A stretch of DNA of 63,325 nt, counting the filler, from Nemertoderma westbladi (Eukaryota; Animalia; Xenacoelomorpha): the NCBI GenBank assembly GCA_032718475.1. It is 4 parts of 4 records of this genome, joined end to end, with 100 filler letters (N's around TTAATTAATTAA, not from the genome) between each part and the next. Parts side by side here need not be neighbours in the genome. Positions count along the whole stretch, not along the records: positions 33,678 to 59,972 come from JAUCBJ010001890.1; 3 more parts are not named here. One strand, 5' to 3'. Below the pieces are notes generated by a model. That model was not told the origin of the DNA, made no database searches, and was given only the letters and a program-made list of their open reading frames with translations. Shown one piece after another: positions 39,601 through 50,722 of this stretch. Position numbers and translations under genes: made by a program. Within the stretch, counting starts at the first letter, position 1, and the number at the start of each line of letters is the position of its first letter.

Positions 39601-40006
39601 TAACGCGTAATAAATACAATTTTAACGCGCAATAAATGTTTTTAACGCGTAATAAATACATTTTTAACACGCAATAAATGTTTTTTAACGCGTAATAAAT
39701 ACATTTTTAACGCGCAATAAATGTTTTTAACGTGTAATAAATACATTTTTAACGCGCAATAAAAGTTTTTAACGCGTAATAAATGTTTTTTTACGCGTAA
39801 TAAATGTATTTTTAACGCGTAATAAATACATTTTTAACGCGCAATAAATGTTTTTAACGCGTAATAAATACAATATTAACGCGCAATAAATGTTTTTAAC
39901 GCGTAATAAATACATTTTTAACGCGCAATAAATGTTTTTAACGCGTAATAAATATATTTTAGCGAGTGAAAATATTAACGAATAAAAATAACAAATGTAT
40001 GCCATA
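36611..40006 (+). mobile_element. Complete non-autonomous IS3EU-like DNA transposon with long repeat-containing TIRs, 6-bp TSD CAATGC and HECT-ligase cargo
   Basis: Starts tatggcatacatttgttattttttattcgttaatattttcactcgctaaaa and ends with the near-exact reverse complement. caatgc at 36605-36610 and 40007-40012. TIRs span ~36611-37160 and ~39305-40006, with 21-23-bp aaaaatacatttattacgcgtt arrays. Confidence 0.9.
37270..39057 (+). pseudogene. Zinc-ribbon + HECT-type (G2E3-like) E3 ubiquitin ligase, intronless, frameshifted
   Basis: N-terminal CECG..DRYCSWCG. HECT N-lobe motif VTFSGESGCDQGGLRRDLF. C-lobe DILMWMFGSQRP..LSVIF..CKCRLTYSTCAFQLILP (38899-39057) retains the catalytic-Cys motif STC..L.LP. 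Confidence 0.8.
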
Positions 40007-40399
40007 CAATGCACACATCTCCAACCAGACACTATATAATATTGTGAGATTATTGTGACCCCCCCCCCCCCCACTTAGAAAAAATATTTCATTTATTGAA
40101 CTTTTTGTGTGACTATTTTCTAGGAATTTTATTTTAGAACAACACTTCGCCAGCAGGCACATCTGGATTCACCCACTTAATACTGTAATAGGTCTATGCT
40201 ACAGCTACAGTCAGACAACATGTACTGTACATGAGTACAAAGTTGTAAGTAAGTACAGTACAACTCAGTACAGTAGAGTACAGGACTCTACTGTACTGCT
40301 GTATATCACAAATTACATCACATGCAAGGCTTGCTACGGAAGCCCTGAGTGGCCAAGCTGTTATACATTCATGAACAAGTGGTGCGAATTTAGAATTAT

Positions 40400-41317
40400 G
40401 TGTGTGTATGTACGACATGAGTGTATGTGTGCACGACAGTTGACATGAGTATTTCTGTGCTTGACATGAGTATAATGCACGACATTAGCATATATGTACA
40501 CGACATGTATATTGTATATGTGTGAACGACATGAGTATATCTGTGCTTGACATGAGTATATGTATGCACTACATGAGCATATGTGTGCGCGACATGTGGG
40601 GCGAGACACGTAGTCGGCGAGCCTTTGCATACGGTTCATATAGGGCAAATGGGGCATGTCCGTCTGTCTGTCTGTCTGTCCGTCCGTCTGTCTGGTAAAT
40701 GTTTGAACGCGAATTTCTCGGCATCGCTCGTTCGGAATTGAACCAAACTTAGTAGGTAAGTAGTAGAGAGAACGTTTAGAAAGTTTGTAAAGTTTGGTGA
40801 AAAATCATGCAGTCTGACGTCAGCTACGACAGATTATGTGGTTTTTAGAAAATGTTAAATTTCTCGGGAAGGTCTCATTTTCCTGAGCTGAAATTTTGGT
40901 GGCCTGTAGAGAATCATGAAGTCTATCTTTTACGAAATTGAAAAGTTAAGACATTTAATTGGGGATCCGCTAGAGACTCAGAAGTAATGACATAGGCCTA
41001 CCGGTACGGTACTGCTGTACAGTGCTGCACTGGTAAGTACGAAATTGCAGAATAACAATTTGACACCACCTAGCGGATTAACATATGATTGTATATCGAA
41101 TGAATACATTTATAGCATGGGATATGGGGTCCAAACTAGACATGCCCCATTTGCTCTATATGAACCGTATGCCAAGGCTTGCCGACTACGTGCTGCGCGA
41201 AGTCCCCACGAACGTGTATATGTGTCCACAACATGTGTATTTGTGCACGACATGAGTATATGTATGAGCGACATAACTATATCTGTGCACGACATGAGTG
41301 TATGTATGCACGACATG
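40400..41317. mobile_element. Helentron-associated (HINE/DINE-1-like) non-autonomous sequence with (GTCT)n, a ~53-bp inverted pair and ~21-bp cgacatgagt.. tandem units
   Basis: 40607-40659 is the near reverse complement of 41139-41192. gtctgtctgtccgtcc microsatellite at 40658-40693, followed by an atttctcgg...gaaccaaactt core. Confidence 0.55.
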
Positions 41318-43855
41318 AGATGTAGATTTGATGGAAGGAAATTCAAACAAAGCATAATTCAAATACAGTTTGCTGTGTACTGGTACCAGTAGCTTACCTA
41401 CAGATCTAGCTGCAATCTGGCAATGTTAGATAGAGTAATGATTCCGACTAAATTGCAAGCTTCACGATAAATATGGTGTGGCTCAATCGAACATAAACAT
41501 TGCAGAAGGCACATGGAGTAAATGTAATTCCGAGAACAAAAGTTGCTGATTCCAAGTAAACCCGGAATGGAAGACTTAGTGGCTGAGTCCAATAAACTCA
41601 CAATGAAGATGACGAAGTCCAATAAACTCGCAATGAAGACGACGAAGTCCAATAAACTCAGAATGAAGATGATGAAGTCCAAACTTCCTTGAGACTCCAT
41701 GTGGTTTCCATCTAATGGTGCATTTATCACCTTGAATTCCACACCGCATTCTTCGTGAAGCTTGCAGTTTAGTCGGAATCGTTACTTTATCTAACACTAA
41801 CATTACAGCTAGGTCAGTACTACTAGGATCGGCATGCTGCATTGCAGCTGCATTTTTAAGAATGCTGTGCCGGCTTGTCAACAAAATTGCACCGCCACAA
41901 CTCCCTATCACCCATGACATTTGCTAGATCATCCGCATCTTTAAGGCCAGTGTCCTTTAAGATGCGTCTCAAGAAAGTCATGGGCTGTCCACCATGCTTA
42001 TTCACTCCATGAGGCTGCCAAAGTACAAGATTATGCACTGGCTGGTCCTCACGGCGAAAGCAATGTCCTGCAAAGCGGAGGCGATTTTGTTCTAGAGTCA
42101 AGCTTGGGGGAACCAATGAGACACCTCCAATGTTATATAGTGTCTGGTTGGAGATGTGTGCATTGTACTTGACACAATGAACCCGGCGTAGCATTCTTGT
42201 GAATGTGCCATCCAGAGATTTGGTGTCCTCAGCAGTTAGAGCCCAGCATGGACTCCCGTAGAGGAGTACTGGAACTACTGCTGCTCTAAATAATCGGACC
42301 TTAAGTTTCCGATTAATTCTCGGTGATTTCCAAATCCTGGAAAGCCTATTCAAGGCTGTCCATGCCTTTCCCTTACGTATTCGAAGGTCCTCACCTGACT
42401 TCCGGATCCATGATCCCAGGTAACAGAAGTCGTCCACATGCTCAAGCATACCATCCTTTGAGCTTATGCTCATCCGATCAGAGACTTTCTGAGGACTTTC
42501 AAAGTTAACGGTCAGAATTTTGGTCTTTCTGGAGTTAATAAAAAGACCAACACTAGAAGCAGCATGTTCTAATGAGCTGAGGAGCCGTTGGGCTCCCTCT
42601 AATGATTCTGAGAGTACTCCTAAGTCATCAGCAAAGTCTAGATCAGTTAGGTACTTGGCAGGATTTCCTCGACTTCTGGAGCCAGTAGGTAGAGTTATCA
42701 TCACCCCATCATCATTATGATGATCTAAGGACATGCGTAGAACATAGTCAACCACAATAATGAACAAGAATGGTGCAAGTGTGTCTCCTTGGAGGACGCC
42801 CCATAACACTTCAAATGGTTCTGTGTCACCGTCAACAGTAGACACAAATGTTGTCGAACCATCGTATACTGATCTGATTGCTGCAATAATTTCATCAGGA
42901 ATCCCATATAATGAAAGTATGCTGAACATACGTGAGCGAGAGACTGAATCAAAGGCCTTGAAGAAGTCAACAAAGATAACAGCCAGATGCCTGTCTTTCT
43001 TTTTTGATAATTCTTCAATTATCCTTCTAAGTGCCAAAATGGGCTCCATGGTCCCACGACCTTTACGGAACCCATTCTGATTTCCACGGAGCAGTCTCTC
43101 AATGGGATCCCTGATGCGATTTAATAGAATCCTATTGTATAGCTTTGCAGCAATCGAGATCAATGAGATTCCCCGAAAAGAACCATAGAGTGTTAGGTTG
43201 CCCTTCTTGGGAACTGGCACTAACTTATTTGTTTTCATTTCTTGTGGGACTCTTGTTGTTCGGTACATGTCTACTATGATGGGATAGATGAGCTTTAAAC
43301 ACTCAGGTATTTTAAAGACCTCAGGGGGAACACCATCAACTCCACTGGCACGATTGGTCTTAATGCTCTTTGCAGCAGCCTTCACTTCTGCAAAGGAGAT
43401 ATCGCCAATGGGAATATCTGGGAGTACAGACTCAGACACTTTTACTTCTATAAAGTTATCAGGCAATACCCTGTCATTATTGAGGAGCTTTTCAAAGTGG
43501 GCTTTCCAACCATTGAGGCGATCGGCTGGTGATTCAGCCTTAACCTTGGTGGTTGGTTGGCTTTTCCGCCCAGTAAGCAGATTGATTGATTTCCATGCCT
43601 GGGATGATTGCCTGCTGTCGTCAGCATCATTGATGGCATCAACCTGTTGGTTTATTAGCTCCTGTAGATTAACAGAGTACTGCCTGTTCAGGGACCTAGA
43701 TGCAGCCTTAACTGCATTCTTGGCCGCTGTAGTCTGTTTGAGTCGGGACTCTTTCTGCGCCTTATTAGGTCAGTAGGTAACCTACCGGTACCAGTACACA
43801 GCAACTGTATTGGAATTATGCTTTGTTTGAATTTCCCTCCATCAAGTCTACATCT
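41318..43855. mobile_element. MITE with ~165-bp TIRs (AGATGTAGA...TCTACATCT); right TIR interrupted by RTE copy B
   Basis: 41318-41480 is the near reverse complement of 41740-41819 joined to 43776-43855. Confidence 0.8.
41820..43765 (-). mobile_element. RTE-clade LINE, 5'-truncated copy B (ORF 41856..43466 and upstream) with 10-bp TSD TAGGTCAGTA
   Basis: Intact RT motifs; TSD at 41810-41819 and 43766-43775. Confidence 0.95.
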
Positions 43856-43859
43856 TTTA

Positions 43860-44808
43860 TTATTTTATTATTATCACTCTATGTATTTATAAAAATTAAA
43901 TTAAAAGTACATGAGGAGAGAAAACAACCAGGTTATTAAAAATTAAACACTTATGGTTGCCCGAGCAGGCTCTAAAATTACACAAAAATACAGAAATATA
44001 TTCTACAAAATAAAATTAAAATTAACGCAACAATGTCATAGTCTACGAATTTCTGAAAATTGATAAAAAAAAAAAAAAATTTGGTGCAGTGAATAAAGAT
44101 ATCATATTTACATTCAAAATAAAAAAGCATAAAACGGTGCAGTAGAATAGACAGAAGCGGTGCTGAAAATATAAAATAAAATAAATACAAGGGTACAGTA
44201 AACAGTAGGCTATGTGCAATAAAATATTCACAATAAAAATTGATTGTTATGATTCACAAAAATAATAAAAAAAAATACAAATATGCGCATGTTTACAAAT
44301 TTCTATTAATTTTACAAAAAGATAGCAGGTCAAGGTCTTTAAGCTTTTTGGAAAATAAAAATTTACTTTCAGTATTGACAGTTTCCGTTGGGAGCCAGTT
44401 CCAAATTGGAACTACTCGGTGGGCAAAATTATTCTTGCACATTAGAAGCCTCGACTGTTTATGGTAGAGTTTAAGCTCGTGACCTTAAATCCAGCTCTCG
44501 GCGCAATAGTGAAGAAATCGTTCAAATTTAAGTTGATATTACTGTAAACTATAGAATGTGCCATTTTTAAGTCAAAAATAACACGGCGCACTTCGAGAGG
44601 TTGTAGTTTTAATATCCTAATCCTATCTAAATAACCTACAGGTTCCAAATTGCACTGTCGAAAAAGTCGGCGCGTAAAATATCTTTGTACCCGCTCAAGG
44701 AGATCAATTGCTCCAACATGATAGGGCGACCAAACAGAGGTGCAATATTCTAATAAAGGTTGTACATAGGATTTAAAAGCAGTGAGAAAGGCACGAGTAT
44801 TATTTGAA
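43860..44808 (-). mobile_element. 3' fragment of a CR1 LINE (related to 28665-30155) with AT-rich 3'UTR
   Basis: Motifs LEYCTSVWSPY, LERVQRYFTRRLF, LQPLEVRRVIFDL and HRVVPIWN. Confidence 0.78.
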
Positions 44809-45660
44809 GGTGGGGTGCAACTATGAGAATGGACAGCAGTAATGGTCTGCTATGCGAGTAGAGCAGTAGCTCTGGAAGTAGTAGAGTACACACTATACGT
44901 GATTTTCTCCTCCAGCACTGCTCTTAACTTCGGCAAGATGTTGAAGAATACTGCAACTGAATTTATCGCAGTCACAGCGGCGAGGATTGACTGCAACCTA
45001 CAGGCCTCCTGTACAGCCAAGTTCAGGTTGTGCTCTGCACAGTGCATATAGATGGCGAGGGTCTGTCCGTGCTTTTCCCTAATCAGCGATTGTACACCTT
45101 TAAACTGACCCAACATGGTCAACGCACCATAATATCCTTGCCACCATCTGAGTGGTGATACCCAGCTGTCCCACAATCTTCTTAAGTGACTCAGCCACAG
45201 CAGCAACTGTACATGAGCTGAGGTGCATGAAACAAAGAAACTTATCATGCACCATGTATTTCCCATCAATGAATCGCACACAAACTGACATCTGCTCCTT
45301 GGAGCTCACATCTGATGTCTCATCAGCCAGCAAAGCAAAGTAGCTGGAGCTGTTGACCGTGCCGATAAGCTCCTTGGTGAGGACACTGGCCATGTTGTGA
45401 ATTAGCTCATTATGAGATTCGGAGCATTGCAGGGACCCGAAGTCAGGTGCTTCCGGAGGATTGGGTTATGTTTGGCCAGAAGCTGCAGCAGTGCAACATA
45501 GTTACCATGGGTGTAATCAATCGAGTCATCCTCATGGACTTTGATTGCACCAAAATCACGATGCCCATGAAGTTGTAGACCAAGTTGAGCCAAGAACTCT
45601 ATCGGTTCCATAACACACTGTAGTCGTTCACGGATGTTATCACTAGCTGTCTCAGCTGCT
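44809..45660 (-). pseudogene. hAT transposase (ZMYM1/DUF4371-like) internal fragment
   Basis: LQLHGHRD..GNYVALLQLL, YFALLADETSDVSSKEQMSVCVRF and IYMHCAEHNLNLAV; frameshifted. Confidence 0.88.
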
Positions 45661-46189
45661 TGTCCAACAGTTTGGCGTGGGGTGTAAGACTCTAGTGTTT
45701 TATTAGTGCCTTATTAGCATTCAAACATTTACGATGACGATGACAACGACGGACGGACGGATCCACTAATTATACCCCTACACTAAGGCTCACCTGGACT
45801 TACGTGGCTCGCCCCACAAGCACACCCCAGACAGGCTGTTCTACGCGGGGGTGGGAAGGTTTCAACTTTGATGGTAATTATTTTGGAATGAAATTTTTTC
45901 ATACGAAAAATACAACTCCTCCGCCATTTCATTACCGTATTTTTATATATTTTCTATATATGCTATGTGATATGTTAATGAACATGCTGGTTTCAAAAAA
46001 TGTAGTATATATCCAAAAATGAACATAAATGGAAAATATACTGATATGTATACTGAATAATACTGATATGGTAGTGAAGAGTTTAGTGAAATTAAAAAAG
46101 TCATGCAGGCCGCGGCGGCAAAATTTTTTTCACAGTTTTGTTTACTTTTGATAATTTTCATTTTGGTGGTATATCATTTGTTCTTTATA

Positions 46190-48360
46190 GCTTGTAAAAG
46201 CACCCACAACCAGCGCATAGAGCGGATATGGCGCGATGTCTATAGTGTTGTGTGGTGTGTTTATTACAAACTATTCTATTGGTTCGAGGACCAATGGTAT
46301 CTGGATCCCTGTGACTTTCACGATCTATGGGTGCTCCATTATGTTATATGCCTCGTATTGGTTATATTGAAAAATATCGAGACATGAAAAATATCGAGAG
46401 TAAAAATAACGCGAGTAAAAACATCGAGTGTTGAAAAATAACGATAATATCGAGAGTTCAAAAAATATCGAGAGTAAAAACATCGAGTGTTGAAAAATAA
46501 CGATAATATCGAGAGTTCAAAAAATATCGAGAGTAAACATATCGAGGGTAAAAATATTGAGAGTAAAAATACCGAGTGTTGAAAAATATCGAGAGTAAAA
46601 ATATCGAGAGTAAAAATATCGAGTGTTGAAAAATATCGAGAGTAAAAATATCGAGTGTTGAAAAATATCGAGAGTAAAAATATCGAGTGTTGAAAAATAT
46701 CGAGAGTAAAAATATCGAGTGTTGAAAAATATCGAGAGTAAAAATATCGAGTGTTGAAAAATATCGAGAGTAAAAATATCGAGTGTTGAAAAATATCGAG
46801 AGTAAAAATATCGAGTGTTGAAAAATATCGAGTGTTGAAAAATATCGAGTGTTGAAAAATATCGAGAGTAAAAATATCGAGTGTTGAAAAATATAGAATG
46901 TTGAAAAATATCGAGAGTAAAAATATCGAGTGTTGAAAAATATAGAATGTTGAAAAATATCGAGAGTAAAAATATCGATAGTAACAATTTTTTAAAATTA
47001 GGGCTGTATGATAATTTTTTTTACTAAAAATGTTCTAGAACAACAATATTTATCAACATTTGGTAGCTTATACAGTACGTGTTCTAATATAATATTTAAC
47101 AATATTTATAATATTTATCAAAATTTATATATATATATTTCAATACACCCCGGGCGGGGTAAATATGCGGTAAAATTAATTATAAAAACACACAGTAAAA
47201 GGTCGTTCACTTGTAAAATAAATATTAAGTATAAAATATTATTATTATTATTTAACTGGAAGATGACTATGAAGCAGCCAGTTGTGACAGCGGTGGGCAC
47301 ATCGCACAGACGAGCACGTGGTAACGGTCATCGCAGGGCTCGCCGCAGTATTTACAGCAGCAGGTGGATGTGAGTTCGTGGAACGGTGTAGCGGTTGAGC
47401 AGACACATTTTATCAAAATTTATAGCTAGCACTTCTTATTTATTAAAAAAATAGCAAAAACTAGCTAGTATAATAAATCTGGTAAATGGGTACCCAAGGT
47501 GTATTACATAATGCCATTCACTTGCACTGTTGTAACCCATGCACTGCAATATTGTTCCATAATTCTAAATAAAATGCTCAAGTAAAATGCAATATTTTTA
47601 CTCTCGATATTTTTCAACACTCGATATTTTTCAACACTCGATATTTTTCAACACTCGATATTTTTCAACACTCGATATTTTTCAACACTCGATATTTTTA
47701 CTCTCGATATTTTTCAACACTCGATATTTTTCAACAGTCGATATTTTTCAACACTCGATATTTTTACTCTCGATATTTTTCAACACTCGATATTTTTACT
47801 CTCGATATTTTTCAACACTCGATATTTTTACTCTCGATATTTTTCAACACTCGATATTTTTCAACACTCGATATTTTTACTCTCGATATTTTTCAACACT
47901 CGATATTTTTACTCTCGATATTTTTCAACACTCGATATTTTTACTCTCGATATTTTTCAACACTCGATATTTTTACTCTCGATATTTTTCAACACTCGAT
48001 ATTTTTCAACACTCGTTATTTTCGATATTTTTCATCTCGTGTTATTTTTACTCTCGATGTTTTTTAATCACGTTAATTTTCAACACTCGTTATTTTTACT
48101 CTCGATATTTTTACTCTCGTTATTTTTACTCTCGATGTTTTTCAAGTCTCGATATTTTTCACCATTACCCTCGTATTAATTCATCATTACAGGAATTCAT
48201 AAATGGAATTCAATGAATTGAAAATGAATTCATGGACTTCGTACGGAATCTTACTGGTCGCCAAAAAAATTTTTATTAACAGTTGCTTGTCACTCATGGA
48301 ATCTAACACCGAGGATATAGTGGATCCTGCGTCTTATGGGTTTGACTGGGAGGGCCTGAA
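46190..48360 (+). pseudogene. Second IS3EU-type integrase remnant (C-terminal part) split by a foldback element
   Basis: STHNQRIERIWRDV...LWVLHYV before the insert; PRINSSLQEF...YGFDWEG after it. Confidence 0.8.
46360..48169. mobile_element. Foldback/MULE-like non-autonomous element with ~600-bp tandem-repeat TIRs and 8-bp TSD CTCGTATT
   Basis: Arms of alternating aaaaatatcgagagt / aaaaatatcgagtgttg units (46360-46985) with an inverted array at 47591-48169. TSD at 46352-46359 and 48170-48177; GG...CC ends. Confidence 0.88.
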
Positions 48361-49169
48361 TGAATGCCTGCGAAAACATATATATATAAAATAATAAATA
48401 CATAAAAATAATAAAATAATAAATAAAACATAAAAATATATAGAGTATATACCGGTATATACAGTAATATCGGATTAGGTACATCAGTACCTTTCTTTAT
48501 CTCACAATAATATCTAATATATCTCTAAACATATAGTCTCAATACATGCATTACAATTTTCAGTTATCAGTAAAGGTCGTAACCATTTCAATAACTCGTA
48601 GCATACTTCTTTTAAACTCATCGTAATCATTTACAACTGGTAATGCCAATTCCATTGGAATAAATCATCATCAGCGGGTGGAGGAACATAACAGTTGGGT
48701 CAATGTCAAATCCAAGAGCGGACAACATCTGAACCAGTTGTTGCAAATGTCAGCAGATCTGACAGGCCGATATTACTTTCTGATAACAGACTGGATTTTC
48801 CAGCTGAAAGATAATAAATAAGAATAATATAGATTATATATTATATATTATATCTAAATAAATTTATTGATTATATATTGCCTGATATAGCTGCCTGATA
48901 TACTCCTCAATGGAATTAAACAAAGTAATACTAAAATAACGAATTTTCCAATGTTTGTATGGCTCACTAAAATTAATTAACAAATCAACCTCGAAAACCC
49001 CTACACCGAAAACAACCCAGGCTGTTAGTTTGAATTTTGGATTTTATGGGACATCCCTATATTATATACGGTTATATATAATAATTTTGCTAATAATTTA
49101 ATTTGAATTACAATTTATTTTAATTAAAATTAATTTAACTATTTACATACTTGTGTGTAAAGTAGCACT

Positions 49170-50722
49170 GTATGGCTGCGGGGAGATTCTTCGACTTAAT
49201 TCCTTCAATCAGTCTCCGTAGTGCAAGTATCTGAGCTATTGTTGATCTACTTGGTCGAAATCCATTTTGGCTCTTACGCAGTAGTTTCTCTATGTGAGGC
49301 CTAATCCTATATAGAATCATTTTATTGTATATTTTGGCAGCTACCACAAGCAGACAGATCCCACGATAGTTTGTTGGTATACTGAGGTCTCCTTTCTTGG
49401 GGAGAGGCTTTAGTTAACATTTAGTCCAAATTGGTGGTGGCTTTTCCCCTTTTAACATCCGGTTGCAAACATTCAATAATGGTCTGTTTAGCACTCCTGT
49501 TTTCCATACCTCCGCTGGGATTTCATCTAATCCACTTCCCCTGTTTCTATAGGTAGTGTCTTGTCATATATTTTCCTTGTAGGGCTGACCTCGATGTTTG
49601 GTGGCTGCCCAAGCAAGTTGCTGAAGTGATTTTTCCACTTCCCAACACGTTCTTCAGGACTATCGGCTTTGAGGCGCCCCTTTGCACAACTTTTCCGACC
49701 AGATACCTCATTTACAGTTTGCCAGGTAAGTCTTGATTGTTGCTGTATGTGAGCAGTTGTAATTGCTTCAGTTTTATCCTGTATGTACTTTTCCTGGCTG
49801 ATGTTGTAGGCCAATTTAAGATCGTCCTTATCTTTCTCAACCTTGTTAATGTTTTCGGTTGTTGGTTGTTCAGTTTTAACTTTGTAGGCTATCTTAAGAT
49901 CTTCTCTCTTACAAGTAACCTCAGAGTTTTGCCATGGCACATACTGTTTTCGTTTGGGTTTTTGGGGGATATGCCTCTTAGCTGATTCCTTGTGGGCTGT
50001 TATTATATTCTGGTATATTGAATCGGTGGACTGGTCTTCATCCATTGACTGACGTGCTTCAAAGCGGTTTTGAACTTCTACTGTGTAAGCATCCTTTTAC
50101 TGCATTGTCAGTTCTGAGTTTCTCCCAGTCATAGTTGATTTGCTTGCTTGTCCTGGGTTTGCTGGCTCTCAAACTGAGTCTGATCTCTGCAGTCACAATT
50201 CTGTGGTCCGAACCAATTAGGTTGAACGAGCTGTATGCCTCGCAGTTGATCATGCTGTTTCTCCACTTTTTGTTTATAAGGATGTAATCCAGTTGTGCTT
50301 TGGTTCCATTAGGGTATTGAAAGGTCCATAACTTCCCCTTACTCTTTTCGAATGTGTTGTTTATTGGTATCAATTCACATTTTTCCATTAGGTCTAAAAG
50401 TAAGTACCCATTTCTGTTAGAACTGGTGTAATAGGTGTAACCATTGATGTCTTCTGGGCCAATTTGCGCATTAAGGTCACCAGCAATGACTTTAACATTG
50501 TGTTTCGGAATGTCCTTTATAAGTCCAGTCAGATCTTCATAAAACTTGACTGCTTGTTCTGGCTCTGAGGCATTGGTTGGACTGTAGCAACATATAACTG
50601 TTGTCTTGGGATTCCCATCAAATGTTGCGATCATAACCCTAGAATTTATAGATTCGATGTTGTTTAGTTAGGGTCTTAAGTGCAAATGGGCTTAGCAGAA
50701 TTCCTACTCCGCCAATTGATGC
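49170..50722 (-). mobile_element. Fragment of a second RTE-clade LINE family (APE and start of RT), decayed
   Basis: Motifs CYSPTN, AGDLNAQIG, QLDYIL, GSDHRIV and QNGFRPSRST; frameshifts. Confidence 0.9.

Larger units (their letters stand above)
36100..40045 (+). mobile_element. Old degraded RTE copy (36100-36610 and 40013-40045) split by the IS3EU-like element
   Basis: gctgcttctagtgttggtct..aactccaagaagaccaaaatt and gtacaatgc|acacatctccaaccagacactatata match the RTE RT (KYNAHISNQTLYN). Confidence 0.8.

Noticed and set aside
46517-48216. ORFs of 156 and 209 aa
   Set aside because: They are translations of the foldback tandem arrays.
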